This document shows positions 51,050 through 64,000 of a stretch of 64,000 nt of DNA, piece after piece (the stretch's first letter is position 1; every line of letters begins with the position of its first letter). The notes under the pieces are model-generated. The model saw only the letters and a program-made list of their open reading frames with translations. It searched no databases and was not told where the DNA came from. The position numbers and the translations under genes were made by a program. Source of the DNA: Lepidodermella squamata (taxonomy: Eukaryota > Animalia > Gastrotricha). The DNA lies in NCBI GenBank assembly GCA_047495785.1, contig JBLDXI010000013.1:186001-250000 (forward strand), written 5' to 3'.

Positions 51050-51671
51050 GGCAGCACCTCTAGCTCCACTCGGATATTTGGAAAATCGGGAATTTGTTCC
51101 ACAATTTCAAGAAAATTTCTTCCAAGCCCCGGATGAGAAAGACCTCTTAGGTACTTGTGAATGTGAAACGATTTTCGAGTCTCTTTACAAGTTTTCTTTG
51201 TATTATCGCTTAGACTTCTTTGCTGACGAAGACTTTTTCGGAGGGCAACCGACTGCATCACCGTCAGAAGGAAATGTTAATGCCAATACCGAATTTATCC
51301 CAGCTTATTCAGCACCGAACGATGCAAGCTATAATGATACATCTAATGATGATGTTGAATCTGGTACTGCGTCGTCGCCCGCATCATCTGAGGGCAGCAC
51401 TTCAATTGCATCAGGCTTTGTTTCACGGATCGATTCTAAGAAGAAGCGTCAAAATCGTGAAGCTGCACGGCGATATCGAATGAAGAAGAAGACAGTTCAG
51501 CGTTGCGTGATGGAAGAAGAGAAGCAATTAGAAGAAGCCAATGCCTTACTGCGACAGAAAATTGATCGGTTGGAGGCGAAGTTGGCTGTTATAAAGGATA
51601 TCTTGCGTCATCAGTACGGCTTTCCAGCCGATCAAGATATTGTATTAGTTCAAATAGCTTATAAGCAATAA
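50970..51671 (+). CDS. ATF4: ATF4/ATF5-like bZIP transcription factor
   Basis: Basic region KKKRQNREAARRYRMKKK plus leucine zipper; acidic N-terminus; degron-like ESGTASSP; two-uORF leader; in-frame intron 51151-51213. Confidence 0.82.
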   Translation: MEDTDCILNEFFGGVENPTGCNMWTDEAAPLAPLGYLENREFVPQFQENFFQAPDEKDLLGTCECETIFESLYKFSLYYRLDFFADEDFFGGQPTASPSEGNVNANTEFIPAYSAPNDASYNDTSNDDVESGTASSPASSEGSTSIASGFVSRIDSKKKRQNREAARRYRMKKKTVQRCVMEEEKQLEEANALLRQKIDRLEAKLAVIKDILRHQYGFPADQDIVLVQIAYKQ

Positions 51672-52529
51672 ATGTCGATGAAAGTGTTACTATACCTAAA
51701 ATGATATGTGAGCTTCTCGTGTTAGTTTGTGAAATTATTTTCACCGTAGAATTTATGAATCCTTTATCTTAAAGTAGTAACTTCAATAAAATTATACATT
51801 ACTTATTAGTTTCTTGCGCTCCTTTTCACTTTTTTCACTTGAAATTGCATCGTTTGACTCGTCAGAATTTAAACTTTGTAACCTCATTTCAAATATCAGC
51901 TTAATCGATTGCTATGGACAAGTCAGGTCCCAAAAATTTGATGTTTCATACACCTTTCTGTTACCTAAGAAAATAAATTGTTTTATGTTTATGATGTTTG
52001 TCTTGTTATTCGACGTTGCCGAATCGGATGATAGTACGCACCCTCACTGCGTTTAGTTACCATGCAAGTTTATGACCATACAAGTAGCGATACTTGAAAT
52101 GTGCAACACAATAATTGTTTCCTGATAGCTGCGGCGCTGCCGAATTCATGAGTCAATCTAATTATTTCAAGCTACATCAGCAGAATTCAGGAACGCAAGA
52201 GATAATAGTAAGGATCAATGCCAATAAATAGGTACCTATACTTTGTTTTCTATGTGGCGCAGGTAAATAAAACTGCTATCAAAATCTTACCGAGCATGTT
52301 GCGCCGCCGCTTAGTTTCCAATGTGCGCACTCATTTATCCCCCTCATGCCGTAAGTATCGAATTATGCTTAACATAGAAGCAGCCTGAGCAGGTTGCAAA
52401 CCATTATTATTGAGGAGATATCATAATCATTTTCTATGGAATTCTCCTTTAACTGAATTACTGATTGTTAGCTGCAGGCCAAATCGATTTTGTCTTTTGT
52501 GAAATGTCGACGTTCTTCACCTTCAGGCA

Positions 52530-55485
52530 ATGAAAACAGAAGTCTTTATTGTGCTGTTAACCGCGATTTCAACGCCATGTAACGCCATTTCGCTAGCTCA
52601 GTGGGATAGTGGTAAGAAAATATGTTTAGTTTATGGAGAAAGTATAATCTTTGACGTTAATTCAGCGTGTCATCCATTTTCTGAATTCGGACACAAACTG
52701 ACAACGAGTTTTTTAAGCGCTAGTAGGTCATCAATTTTGATATCATCGCCCGGCCAAGGTCAATCGTATTCTTCCAATGTTACTTGCTCGAGGTGATATT
52801 TCAAATTAATAAAAGTTGAAAAATCATTCACTGTAAAATGGTTTGTTTTCAGGCGCATTTTCGCCCCAGCCGGTCATCAAATCAAATTCGAGTTCGTAAA
52901 TTCATCATACGACATCGAAACTTCTCTGTACGCTACTTGTAAATACGACATGCTGGAGTTGAGAGATGGCGCTTACCCTTATTCGCCCATAATGGGCCGA
53001 TTTTGCTCGCGAACTGCAAATGCCGATTCAATGCTATCGCGTTCGAATGCTGTATTTATGCGTTTCTCGAGCGATTCGTCGATTGAGGGTGCAGGTTTTC
53101 AAATACGATTGACCATGTTGAAAATAGCATCTCAATCAATCAGTCAAGTAACTAATGTTTGCCGCCACGCCCTCACCTCCGAGGATGGCACTTTAAATGT
53201 CACAGATTCCCCTTTCAGCAGGTATAGTTTACGGAATACTGCTTTTGATTGAACGGTCACAAGTTCTTTTTCAGAATCGCTCTGAGCCAAGTAGGAGATT
53301 CGGCCTATGGCGCATCAGCAATAACAGATGAGCTGATCGAATGCAACATAGATATTGATCCCGCGCTGGACGATGTCGGCTATATATTAGTAAAAATGGA
53401 TTTTCAATCCAGCAATCCTAATTCGGTGTTGCCTGGGGTATCGTGCCAAATGCACCGGTTTGAGTTTTACGACCTTGGAAACATGTATGCAGGAAAGCCA
53501 GCTCAGCAATTGGCACTGGAACCGGACGCCATTCGAACAGTCTGCTCGCCAATTAAAGATGCCATAATCATTTCGAAAACATGCCAATTTACAATACGAA
53601 TTGTCATTCTCTCGTCACTTCTAACGGGAAGCAGCTCCAGCGAACAACCCTTTAAAATTAACCTGCAATACTCGGTCCTGGCGCCACCAGAGCGATGCCT
53701 CCTGTTGCCTCCTCCGAATAATACTGAAGTGATTTCAACCACAACGCCGACTATCAAGCCTAATAAACGGCTCGTTCCAACCGAAAGTTCTGCTTCAAAT
53801 AGCACTAACAATGGGCAAATGGGGACATGGTGCTCTCTAACACAACTAGCCCCCGGTAACATTCTATTATAGGAATTATGAACTACTGAAATAACCATCT
53901 CGATTAGATTCTGTAAATTTACTATGTTTACACCCGATTCTAAGATGCAACGGCCGGAACAACTGCCCTACGATTTCTGCGACAAGTGTCGACGAAGCAA
54001 ACTGTTTGGCATCCGAGGGTAACGTTGCCAATGTGCAGCTGTACGACGACGAAGACCTTATATCACTGCCGCTTTCACTTCGGTTGACGAGGGAGCAAGT
54101 TGTTAGGTTTGTTCTCTGGGGTTCGATTGGCTTGGTAACAATCGTCGTCGTCGTCGGCGTGGTAATTTTTCATTCCATCCGTAAGATCCATTAAAGTTAA
54201 GCTTTTACGCAATTGCTTGCAGAGCATATTGGCAATTCGGAAAGTGATGAAGACTGTTGCAAAAGTTAACTGTGGCAAAGATAAGTCGGTCGATCCTGAG
54301 GCAAAACATAATCCTGAGGCAGTCTGTTGCTGCTGTCGAACAAAAACCACGGAGAAACCCGTCAAGCCGAGCGTTACCAGGAAGCTACCTAAACTAGCCA
54401 TTGTTCACCCTGCGATCCGAATGACCAGCATTTATCGCAACCAGCACATGTCCCCAGCGTTTAAGACGTGCAAACCGGCGACGAAAATAGGAATAAAACC
54501 GCCGGTTGACGTCAGTACAACAGACGAAAGTTTACCTTTAGGCCGAAAGCTACATCGGAGTAGTTTTAACCCGGCCGTGACCGCCCGCAAGAATCCAGCG
54601 CAAAACCTCATCTCGCATTCACCATCTTCTAGTTCGATTCAGCTAACCCCTGTACTTGGCAATAAGACTAGGCCTAAAAAATGCAGTGCCAAAGCCAAGT
54701 CGAGGAAACAAACTGCTACTTTCAAGTCGACCCACCAACTACTAAGTCAACTTCTGTGCGAATCCGAGGTTGGGAAATCAAAAACCTATGCACGATTGGT
54801 AAAGAGCGGCCCAAACATGGCTACTACGTCGTGGCTCACCGCCGAACATACGCAAATTAACGGCGGACGAGGCAACAAAGCCATTGCAACTCAGCGAGAA
54901 ACACGGGTGTTCATTCCTCCGGATGGCGTTAATAATTCTTCGAAACCTGTTATGCTGCCATCGATTGTTACTCTGAAGCAGTTGAGTGTTGGGACGTACG
55001 GTAATAATATCCTGCACGATGAAGATGTGATGAACATTCGAGCATCGCCGCCGACTCCATTCAAAAACGAAGCGGCGATTAACTGCGCCGATCTACAGTC
55101 CAACCTGGTTAGCCTAGCCGAACTGGCTCATCACGATATGACAAGGTCGTTTCCACCGCCGGTAAGCCTATATGAACGTAGCTTTCAATAATTTCTTCCG
55201 TTCTGCTCTTCCTTAATCCTTGGTTTTATGTCTATTTCGTTGTCTTTCGGTGCATGAATGTTATCGTTTGTTCTTTTCTTTCAGCGAGCCGATAGGAAGT
55301 CGAAGAAAGCAACCAGCAGCTTCCCAGCGTCAATCATGTCATCCAGCATGCATCACCAGCCGTGTCAGCTTCGGCGCAAAACTTCGATCGACAGTGTTGA
55401 TTCTTTAACTCAGCAGCCGACATTGCCTGTCGAGCAAAGCAGTTATGACTATTTGGAAGGCGATGTCAAGTGCTCAAGCGTTTAG
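52530..55485 (+). CDS. NETO/SOL-2-like type I membrane protein (signal peptide, CUB, CUB-like, LDLa, TM, long tail)
   Basis: CUB motif CKYDMLELRDGAYPYSPIMGRFC..FMRFSSDSSIEGAGF. LDLa motif CLHPILRCNGRNNC..DEANC after intron 53856-53907. TM segment FVLWGSIGLVTIVVVVGVVIF. The spliced last exon 55285-55485 ends in -SSV. Confidence 0.75.
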
Positions 55486-56529
55486 TGCATTGGCACTTCG
55501 CCAGTAACCTTATAACAGCATGGTAACACGCACGAAACCAAGTAAAAACACTGCTGTATCATGTTTAATTATTATTTATTTGTCTTTTGCCTCTTGGCTG
55601 ATCATCAAACATCACTGTGGCGCGATGAGTCCATCAAATATAAAATACTATTCCGATCGTTACAGTCAGTATACGTTACAGGTTACTATAATAAAGACGT
55701 TAATTACATGTAGCAATCAAAACAGAGAGACTATTTTTGTGATGTAAGGAGATTCAACAACAAAATTCTGCGTATCATTTAAATTAAAAATTAATAAAAT
55801 TGAATAATCCGAGTCAGAAAAATGTACACAATGATAGCATGTCAATCAATGGCCCAGCATAAGTTTCATTTTCAAGGGGATGTTGCGGAGCTAGCTTAAG
55901 GTAGCGACTTGGTAGGTGGCCGAAAGCGACCGAAATTCGAATAATGCTGTGTCACGAAGCATTCTGTGATCAAACCAACGATTTTGCTCAGTATCACCTT
56001 AATCCTTAGTGAAAAATTGGTCGGAATTTCCCGCTTATCAGTAACAGATCGACCGATGATAAAAGTGGATAATTATTTTGGAGAAATATGGCTGTCTCTA
56101 ATAACTTGATAACGAAACAAGACCTGTGCTAATTAAGCTTCGGACCTTTTGTTATTCTAAAATGGTAGGTAGTTGACGGCATTTCGTATGAGATATGAAG
56201 AGGACAGTGTAACAGGGCCATTCTTTCTGATACAAAAATAGTTTCAATACGGTTTGCATTAATGGCGAAAGTTGAGACGCAAAAGCAATACGACCAATAC
56301 GACATTCATGTGACAAAGGCACGTCGGAATAGCTCCTCCTTAATCGTTTGCTGACAGAATTGAAATTCCAACTTTACACATATCGAAGGTTTCTCCGGTC
56401 TGCATAGAAAATGCTGTTTAATTAAGGAGATTGGCGTTTAAGTCTGTGAAATTATAATTATTTGATTTTCACTCTCCTACGTAAAATATTATATTAGAAT
56501 TAGTACTATTTTGATGACTGGTTAGCGTA

Positions 56530-58138
56530 TTATATGACACAAATAAGGCCATCAGTGTCTTGCTGTATATCGATATCCACGTCGTCGTGGCTGCTGTGAC
56601 GATGGCCGTTTGTAAAGCCGTCGTAGCCGCCGTCATAAGGTGGGGGCGGAGGAGGTGTCGCTGTGTCTGATACTCGGCTCTGTTTTTGTAGAGTTCCTGG
56701 CCGACGGGCGACAGGCGGCGGCTCGTTTTTCTCGCCCGCTTGACTGGTAATGACATCAGGAAGGTGATGGCAAAGAAGATCGCTCTCAATGCTGATCGAA
56801 CTCTTGTTAGGAAGCTGCGATGTTGACGTATTTTCGTCGCCGTAAAAGCCGCTTGACGTCGACGTGTTGTCTAGCGTGCTTTGCCGGTTTGTTGGAACGC
56901 TTCCCGTTTTCGAACCGGGTCGACCATACATTAAATGGCTGAATGCGCCCGCGGCCGGCTGACGGGTACCGCTGCCTGAGCGCAGAAGTGAAGTCGACGC
57001 GGATAGTGCAGGTAAGTCGAGTTCGGCGGTAGCGTCATTGTGTGGCGGCAACAGCGTCACGTTGGGACAACTCGGCGTCTGCGGTGTGTCATAGTGAACA
57101 TGGTGGTGTCGCGGCTTTGGCGTCACGTGCTGGCTGGCGCATGCTTTGCTGGTAAAATGGGCAAGAGGAGGTCGGGTCTGCTTTCCACGGGTCGCAACCG
57201 CCGCCAGCAAAATGGGCTGGCGTACAGGCTCGTCACTGCAGAAACCACTTTCGTCATCGTCATTGCGCGCAATCGGCGCCAAAGCGGCGCCGTCCGAGCG
57301 TTCAACGATACGCCTGTTGTGCGCAGCGCCGATCGAAGTGTTCGAGCCGGCGTATGGCGCTGGGGTGTACGCAGGCGGCATGTGCGCGAGCCGCTCTTTC
57401 TCGTTACCGGCAGGAGAAAACGGTGGAATTTGTTTCGCCATGGTCGATGTCGTTTGTTGCGGCCCGGCGGCGACTAAAACGACCGGGGTCTCGTAATCTG
57501 CGGGAGACGCGGCGAGGCGCAGATTTCTGTGGTTTCGCGCTTGCATGCGCCGGCGATGCACGACCACCGCCGCAAGTATGAGCACCATAATGACGAGAAG
57601 ACCCATGAGACCAAGAACCAACCATGCTATTACATCAGGTGGAGGTTTCGTCTCCAACTCGACGCATTTCTTCATGCTATCGCCAAATCTTGGGAAAAGA
57701 TGAGTCAAAGGTTAGTCGCAAAGATGTTACCAATGTTATCTGTCAACTTACTTGGCCCAATATTCGATAGAGGAAGGATAGGCAGATACACAGACGCTGT
57801 ATCGCGTCGCTGGACTCAGCCGAGCTATGCTGTAATCGCGGACATTCGACGACAAGAATTCACTGACGTACTCCTGCTCGGGATATGACGGATTGTTGAA
57901 AGGGGTCGGGGGTGTTGTTGAAAGACTGTTGGCAGTTTGCGATTCGATTAGCTCACTGTATCTCACCTGTAACAAACACAGAAGATGAGTAAAAGATCCG
58001 CCTTTTTATAATTGAAAGCTAGACCTTGTAAGCCGCAATGTGTGGAGACAATTTCGGATTCGGTTTCCAAGATACGCTGATACAATCGGGCGAGGTTGAG
58101 AAGGCGTCGACGCTGTCTAGTAATGTGAAGCGAGCCAT
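56530..58138 (-). CDS. Fibronectin type III plus single-pass TM protein (LRR-FN3 receptor-like juxtamembrane region); probably 5'-incomplete
   Basis: FN3 motif ISVSWKP..YKVRYSE..YSIARLSPATRYSVCVSA. TM segment VIAWLVLGLMGLLVIMVLILAAVVV followed by HRRR. No signal peptide is visible in the window. Confidence 0.7.
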
Positions 58139-60853
58139 TTCTAAGAGAAAAATTCAGACGTTTTTAATAAAAAAAATAACAATTCAAATTTGAGCAGTGA
58201 AAATAACAATTGTTGAAAAGTGCCGTATAACTGGTTAAGAGAAGAGCCGACTAGTAATATTGATATTTTATTAATTTACACGAGTAAATCGCGACGGCCA
58301 ACTTGTTTGCGCTCAGCAACGACGACGAGACGCCGGTGGAGCGAAAAACTTGCACGGCTTCGGAAATGCCAGTGATTTCTATTTGCACACCCTCGTTGTG
58401 TACGCGCGAGCGATAACTATCAATCACAACATAATACTATGTGAAGCGAACCACAGAGTAAAAAACAATCGTCGCTTCAGCAAGAAATAGCAGCTCAATT
58501 TGTTGTTTTATCAAGAGCCATCGATCGGCGCCATAGCGATACGGCTATTAGGGCAGATTGACGAACAATTACCTGCGCGAGAGAAAATAGTTCCGCCACG
58601 AGAGTGCAGCGACCAATAAGAAGTATACTGAGGTGTGGTCAGTGCGAAGTAAAAATAGTAACTGTAATAGCTAATCCGAAAAGACAGCAAGGTTTTGCCA
58701 ACTTGAAACTTGCATCAAGAAGTTGCACGCCCAATTTTCGCAAGCTTTACCCGCATGCTAGCCGAATAATTAGCTAGTCGTGTTCGGGCGACTTGGGCGA
58801 GTTTGAAAACAAATGTTACACCAAAATAGTTTGATCTGTAAATTATCAGCGTACAATAATTGTTGTGTTGTCGCGGTGTAGCCGACATGCAGCAATAAAG
58901 GAACGCTTCAACAGCGTGGTCCGGGTTGGGCAGCTGTATAGCACGACGCCACGGATGCAATAAATAATATGCAAGTAGAGTCGCTATTAACGGCCAGTCA
59001 ACTGGCTAATAGCCGCGTGCCGATCGCACGTCATACATCCGGCTGAGTTCTGCGTTTATTTCGAGCAAATACATACAATAGGTATTGCCGTGCGTTGTCA
59101 TTCTTCCATGCCGAATGTGACAATAAACACGCATCTTCTCAGGGCGAATGTTTATAGATATCTAAGAAATACAAGCGCGCGGGAGTAGTGGAGGGACTAA
59201 AGTACAATGCGAGTGGACAGTGTCGTTCCGCTGTGGCTATGTGAGCGCGAGAGTCAAGGACGTGGCAAAAAAGCAGAACAACTTTTCACGCGCCAAGCGC
59301 GACAATACGCGCCTACACATGATTTAAGGCAGACGTTCGTTTAAATTATTCTCAGCTAAAAACATGATAGAAAATAGAGCCAACTCACCACCAACACTAT
59401 CGGCCATCTTGTTGAATTCTTCTATAGACATGACTTTTATGTTGCAATTTTTGCTGAGAGGCGTTTTGTTAATAACAGTCGTTGCCATTGTCGAGGTGAC
59501 AAAATCACCTAGAGGCGATGCCGAAGTCATCTAAATGCCGGCGAGCGAGACTCGGTCAGCAGCCCTTTAGATTTTCGATGTAGAAATTCGCCACCATATT
59601 GAGATGCTTGTCCGATAGATTCTTTTTTATAATTTCAGCTAAATATTTTGGGGGAAAAAATAGAAAATGAATATTTTATAGTGCACTTTAGAAAATATGT
59701 GTTCAATATTTCTAGCTAATCTCTACGAGCAAGTTAGAAGTATAAAGTATGAATGATCTTTTGGCCGTAAGTGTTACTCCACGACTTCATATTGCGCGAA
59801 TACCAGCAAAATAACAGAATTGGCCACTTGGCGAGCACGGTTCAAAAACGAAATATATATGGTACATATTTTTCAGGTGGTAAACACGCCTATTTTGCGC
59901 CCATCACGTAGCTTTTTAATTGTTTTTCAACACCAAGCGCGTGATGCGGCAAGAGAGTTTTTTTGCGAAAAAGAGCACAAAACCTGAGGAGCGCAAGCGC
60001 GCATCAGCAGCTAGCCGGCATGACCTTGTCTCCGGCAGTCCAAGGGCGAGACACTTGGCGTTGTAATTATTATTTCGCACTGACGCTGCGGTTTAGAAAG
60101 CATTGACTTTGGTAACAAGAGCTGTCGCTTCGTGACAGCAGCGCAGAAGGCAGATGAAGGCGCAGTGACAGCGGCCATTTATTAACCATGAACTTTGGCT
60201 AACTGTTGTTAAGTTAAACTCTACCACTAGCGCCCTCAGTCAATTAAAGGCGAGACAAGCTAAATCTGATGTTCGACACAGTGCGCTACTGGTTCATTTA
60301 AATGCAGCGCGCACGCGTTGTTGGGTGCGTTTATCATTTTCGGTCTTTATCACAACTCAGCGCTCTTGCGTCGAGTGTTTTTAAACACGGCCCATTCAAT
60401 GCGGCATTCACCTGAACTTTTTGCGGGTAGAGGCGTCAAAAACGCGCACTTGAAAAAGCGCAACGATTAAGACGCTGATGATGAGATTTAAGGGCAGAAC
60501 GTGTCAGACATTTGACGACGACAAATCGCACTAGTTTTAACGATGACGAAGAGCCTCGCCTGTCAAACGCCGCGCCGCTCTGACTGCAAGCAAGCGGCAA
60601 ATAATCGCGTTATCAGCACGATTAATAAATAGTACATCCGAGCCTGGGACACTACAAAATCCAGGGCAGTGGTGGCAGTTGCAGTTGTCGTTGGCATTGA
60701 AAACGCGGCTTGTTGTTTTCCGGGTAATCTTATAAGCGCTGATTCACCATGTAAGTATACTGCAACGCGTTGTTTGCGGTGACTTGCTTGGCATTTTACT
60801 GGCAGCGCCTTTTAATATTCGACGATAGATGATAATAACTTTTGTACATCGCC

Positions 60854-60893
60854 GTGGTGGTGGTGGTGGTGGTGCTAGTGGTAGTGGTAGCAG
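60854..60893 (+). repeat. (GTG)n/(GTA) microsatellite
   Basis: Direct inspection of the sequence. Confidence 0.8.
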
Positions 60894-63800
60894 TAGAGAA
60901 TGATGTGTACTCATTAGGGCTAGTCGATAGCTACTTGTTGCCGTTGTTGACTCATCCCAGGCCCGGCCCCGTTGTCACATCGATTCGTCAAATGGACAGC
61001 GAACGCGTGTGAAATACCATCACTGGGCAACCTCATTGGCCCAGCAGATGCGCTATATGACTTACAATTCGATATTAATACAGGCAAATAATAACAAAAA
61101 TAAATAAATAAAAACAACGGCTCATAGTAATGAAATCTGTGGTCAACAAAGTTATTAAAAAATCTTGTTTGCATCAGATTAAGTATGATTATGATAATGA
61201 TGATGGCGACGACGATGATGAGATGATGGCGAACGCGAGCCGGCGCTTTTTCATACACTACCAATAGCTTTCTCGCGGCGTGTAGGTGTTTAACTAAGCT
61301 TACTGTAATTCCATTAAAAAAATAATGTCACGATATTCATGCGAGACGTATATTTCTCCTTGAAAAGTTTTAATTGAAAAGAGAATTAAAATTCGAAAGG
61401 ACGCCGAAATCCGGAAGCAAACAACGCATCAAGACAGTTTCAAAGACAAAACAATATACTTGGTCGAAAAACAACATGTTTGAAGCTCGTGCACGCAGAC
61501 GCGGCAGGCTGCAATAAAAGACGCGCCCACACCATTGCATTCGACTATAGCGTTTCGTACAATCTTATCAAATTTGTCGCTAACAACTCACGGAAGCCGA
61601 AGGGAAGTCAATTCGACGGATTTGTAACAAGTCGTGTGCATTTTGCATGAGCGTTTTCTACTGGCCGTACTATTTAAAAATTGATAGCGGCAACTCGGCA
61701 ACATAGCGGCGTCACGTTTCGCCTAGGGCTAAGCGGTACATGCTGCATAGGTAACTGGGTTTTAGTTATAGGTAATATAAGAACGCGCTTATTAGGGAGT
61801 AAGGTATGGCACAGAGTTTTTGTAATTATTATATTTAATAGAAAGCGGAGAATTTAACTTGATAGGCACTTGCACCGCGATCTATAATAAGACACCTGTT
61901 TTCTAATTAACTCTCGAGAAACAAAACGAAGCAAAACATTTTCGCCTTGAACAAATAGGATCGGGCATTGATCCTGGCACTTGGAACAACAGCGAAGTTA
62001 TATAGTACGGGGGCGAACTAGCAAAAAATGATTTGTGCCTAATTAATCTGCGTGCGTTTTCGGCTACGCTAATGGCGAGTGGAAAAAAAACTGCGAGACT
62101 CGGCACACTGCTATTTACTCGCGCGCGTTAGAACAAAGCCTGAAGATGCGTGTTTGAAACCGCTCGACGAACAATAATCCAAGCAACCGGCTGCAGCTTC
62201 TGTTTCTGCGCCCTATTCACCTGCGCGTTTTTGCGCGGATGTCCGAATACTATATTAGCTATTTATTTAGGAGACATGCTATACAGATAACAGGTAGAAC
62301 CTTTATCCATAACACATGGCACCTGTGTTGAACGTACAGGTGCAACATGCGCCTATTCTTAGTAAAAGTCTACGTTTATTTATATTAAGCAAAAAAGTAG
62401 ACTAAGCGATGACCAGTGCAAATAGCCCACGGGGGAAATCGGCAACTATTCTTGTCCCTAAGAATAACGATAATTCTAGACAGATACAAATTTGAGATTT
62501 TGCTTTATAACGCAAGTTTTTAGCTATATGTTCAATTGATCTTCATGTCTCAATTGATCGCAGTCCTTTCGAAAGCTCTTTCGAACATAAGATATGCGTT
62601 GCTGTGCATATCACAGCTAAGCAGTAGGCCGAAGTTCAGTTCGGTGATGTAAATGTTGACGAGTTATCGGTGATCTTCGCCCTCGTCATCACGTATATCC
62701 TTACTTTCAACGAGAGTAAAGAAATAAGTCATAAGTCATAAGAGTATCATCTTAACAGATACGGTAGCAAACTCGGTTCGGATAAAATCCAATGCTTGGA
62801 CTGTAAATGGATGGCCTTGTAGCATGCTGATATGGCGGTCACGGTGTGGCCAAGTATGGCAATAATCCGACAGCGAGAACAACGAAAAAGGCTAATAAAT
62901 AGACGGATAATGGAGCAGCCAGGAGTACCGCAACAGCAGAAATTGCAACGTGATGCAATAACGGTCGGTCGCTTCCCTTCGGCCTATTATACCAGGCGGT
63001 CATATTGTTGTCAATGGCGCGGCAATAAAGAAATAATGTTGCCATGTGGGTTCATGTTTTCGCGCGGCGCCTGAATTCCCCGCTTCTTGCGTTGGCGCTA
63101 GACTAGAAGCGGATGTATCCAAATAACGGTATCGAGGCTACTCCGCGACGGTACTCCTTATATCAATGATATGACCAGTCAACAGACTGTTTATGAACGC
63201 GCACCTAAACACCAGCAGCAGCAGCAATTAGGCAGCGATACTGTTTTTGCGCAAGTATTTGCCAGCCATCGGCGCACGTGTCTCTTCGTCTCAGACTCTC
63301 CGACGACGCGCACCTTAACGACGTGACACCACAAACGCGCGAGTCCAACTTTTCATCGGCACGCACCATATTATCATATTGACAATACAAATAAATAACT
63401 AAAGGTATATGCAGGCGCTGTGAGTTATAATTAGCGGCGAAAAATTGATTCGAGGCGAGACGTGGCTAAAAAAGTGAAGTGAGCAAGGGCGCGAAAGGGC
63501 GCGCGCATTCAAGTGCGCATCTCAGCGCAGGCATAATCCGCGCCATGCGCCACGCGGACGATTACTGACATGGCACGCGCTCGTGGCGCGCAATTCTTGA
63601 ACGAATTTCATCGCAAATAGCAATAGCGATCACAATATTTCTATACATTTGGCGATTAATTGCGTTACATTCAAGGCCACACAGCGATTATCATCTCCAA
63701 TAAATCACATTGCGCGAGAGAATTCGGAGGTCATAAGTAAAGATATAAGATATTAGAACAATTATAAGCAGCAAGCAAATAATAACAATAGCAGCAGGCA

Positions 63801-64000
63801 CTAATCACCGTAGTATCTCTGGTCATTATTGTCGTTTGCGGATAAATTTATCGTTGGCAACCAAAAATTCTCGTTAGTAGCCTCGGATCACGCAAAGCGC
63901 GTGTGCCATCCTATTGCCCACAGTGAGAGCTGGTGCCTCTGCGTTTATGAAGCGCGAAATCGCCTATAGTTTGTCGAGGCCAAGACATATGAAGGCGCAT

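Noticed and set aside
12792-57888. Numerous antisense or alternate-frame ORFs of 60-175 aa overlapping the called genes
   Set aside because: They are shadow ORFs of GC-richer coding exons with no recognisable motifs.
1-64000. Prokaryotic systems (CRISPR arrays, defence islands, rRNA operons)
   Set aside because: The DNA is intron-containing animal-type sequence. No regularly spaced direct repeats or rRNA-like sequence were seen.

Overview
This is eukaryotic, animal-type genomic DNA from a very compact invertebrate genome; the taxon cannot be assigned from sequence alone. It uses the standard genetic code, most spliceosomal introns are about 47-60 nt with weak splice signals, and spacers between same-strand genes are often only about 75-200 nt. 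Gene order on the + strand starts with a BCL11-like zinc-finger gene (3' part only), MCRS1, a RECQL4-like gene whose helicase motifs are degenerate, and three tandem inositol monophosphatases. Next come a GRAMD1/Aster-like gene (-), then GPN2 and a 2xTHAP + MEP-1-like zinc-finger gene (+). A minus-strand array of eight AADAC/HSL-family (GDXG) esterases follows, with TSEN54, gene fragments and nested MITEs embedded in it. The rest holds more MITE-like elements, VPS8 (-), an ATF4-like bZIP gene with a two-uORF leader (+), a NETO-like CUB-CUB-LDLa-TM gene (+), an FN3-TM gene (-), and about 6 kb of non-coding DNA. The most notable observations are the apparent RecQ4 pseudo-helicase, operon-like packing with unpaired splice acceptors before start codons (possible SL trans-splicing), length-constrained introns with degenerate signals and paralog-specific gain/loss, the THAP-MEP-1 architecture, and the ATF4 uORF switch. 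All gene models and homology calls were made by eye from remembered motifs, not from database searches.
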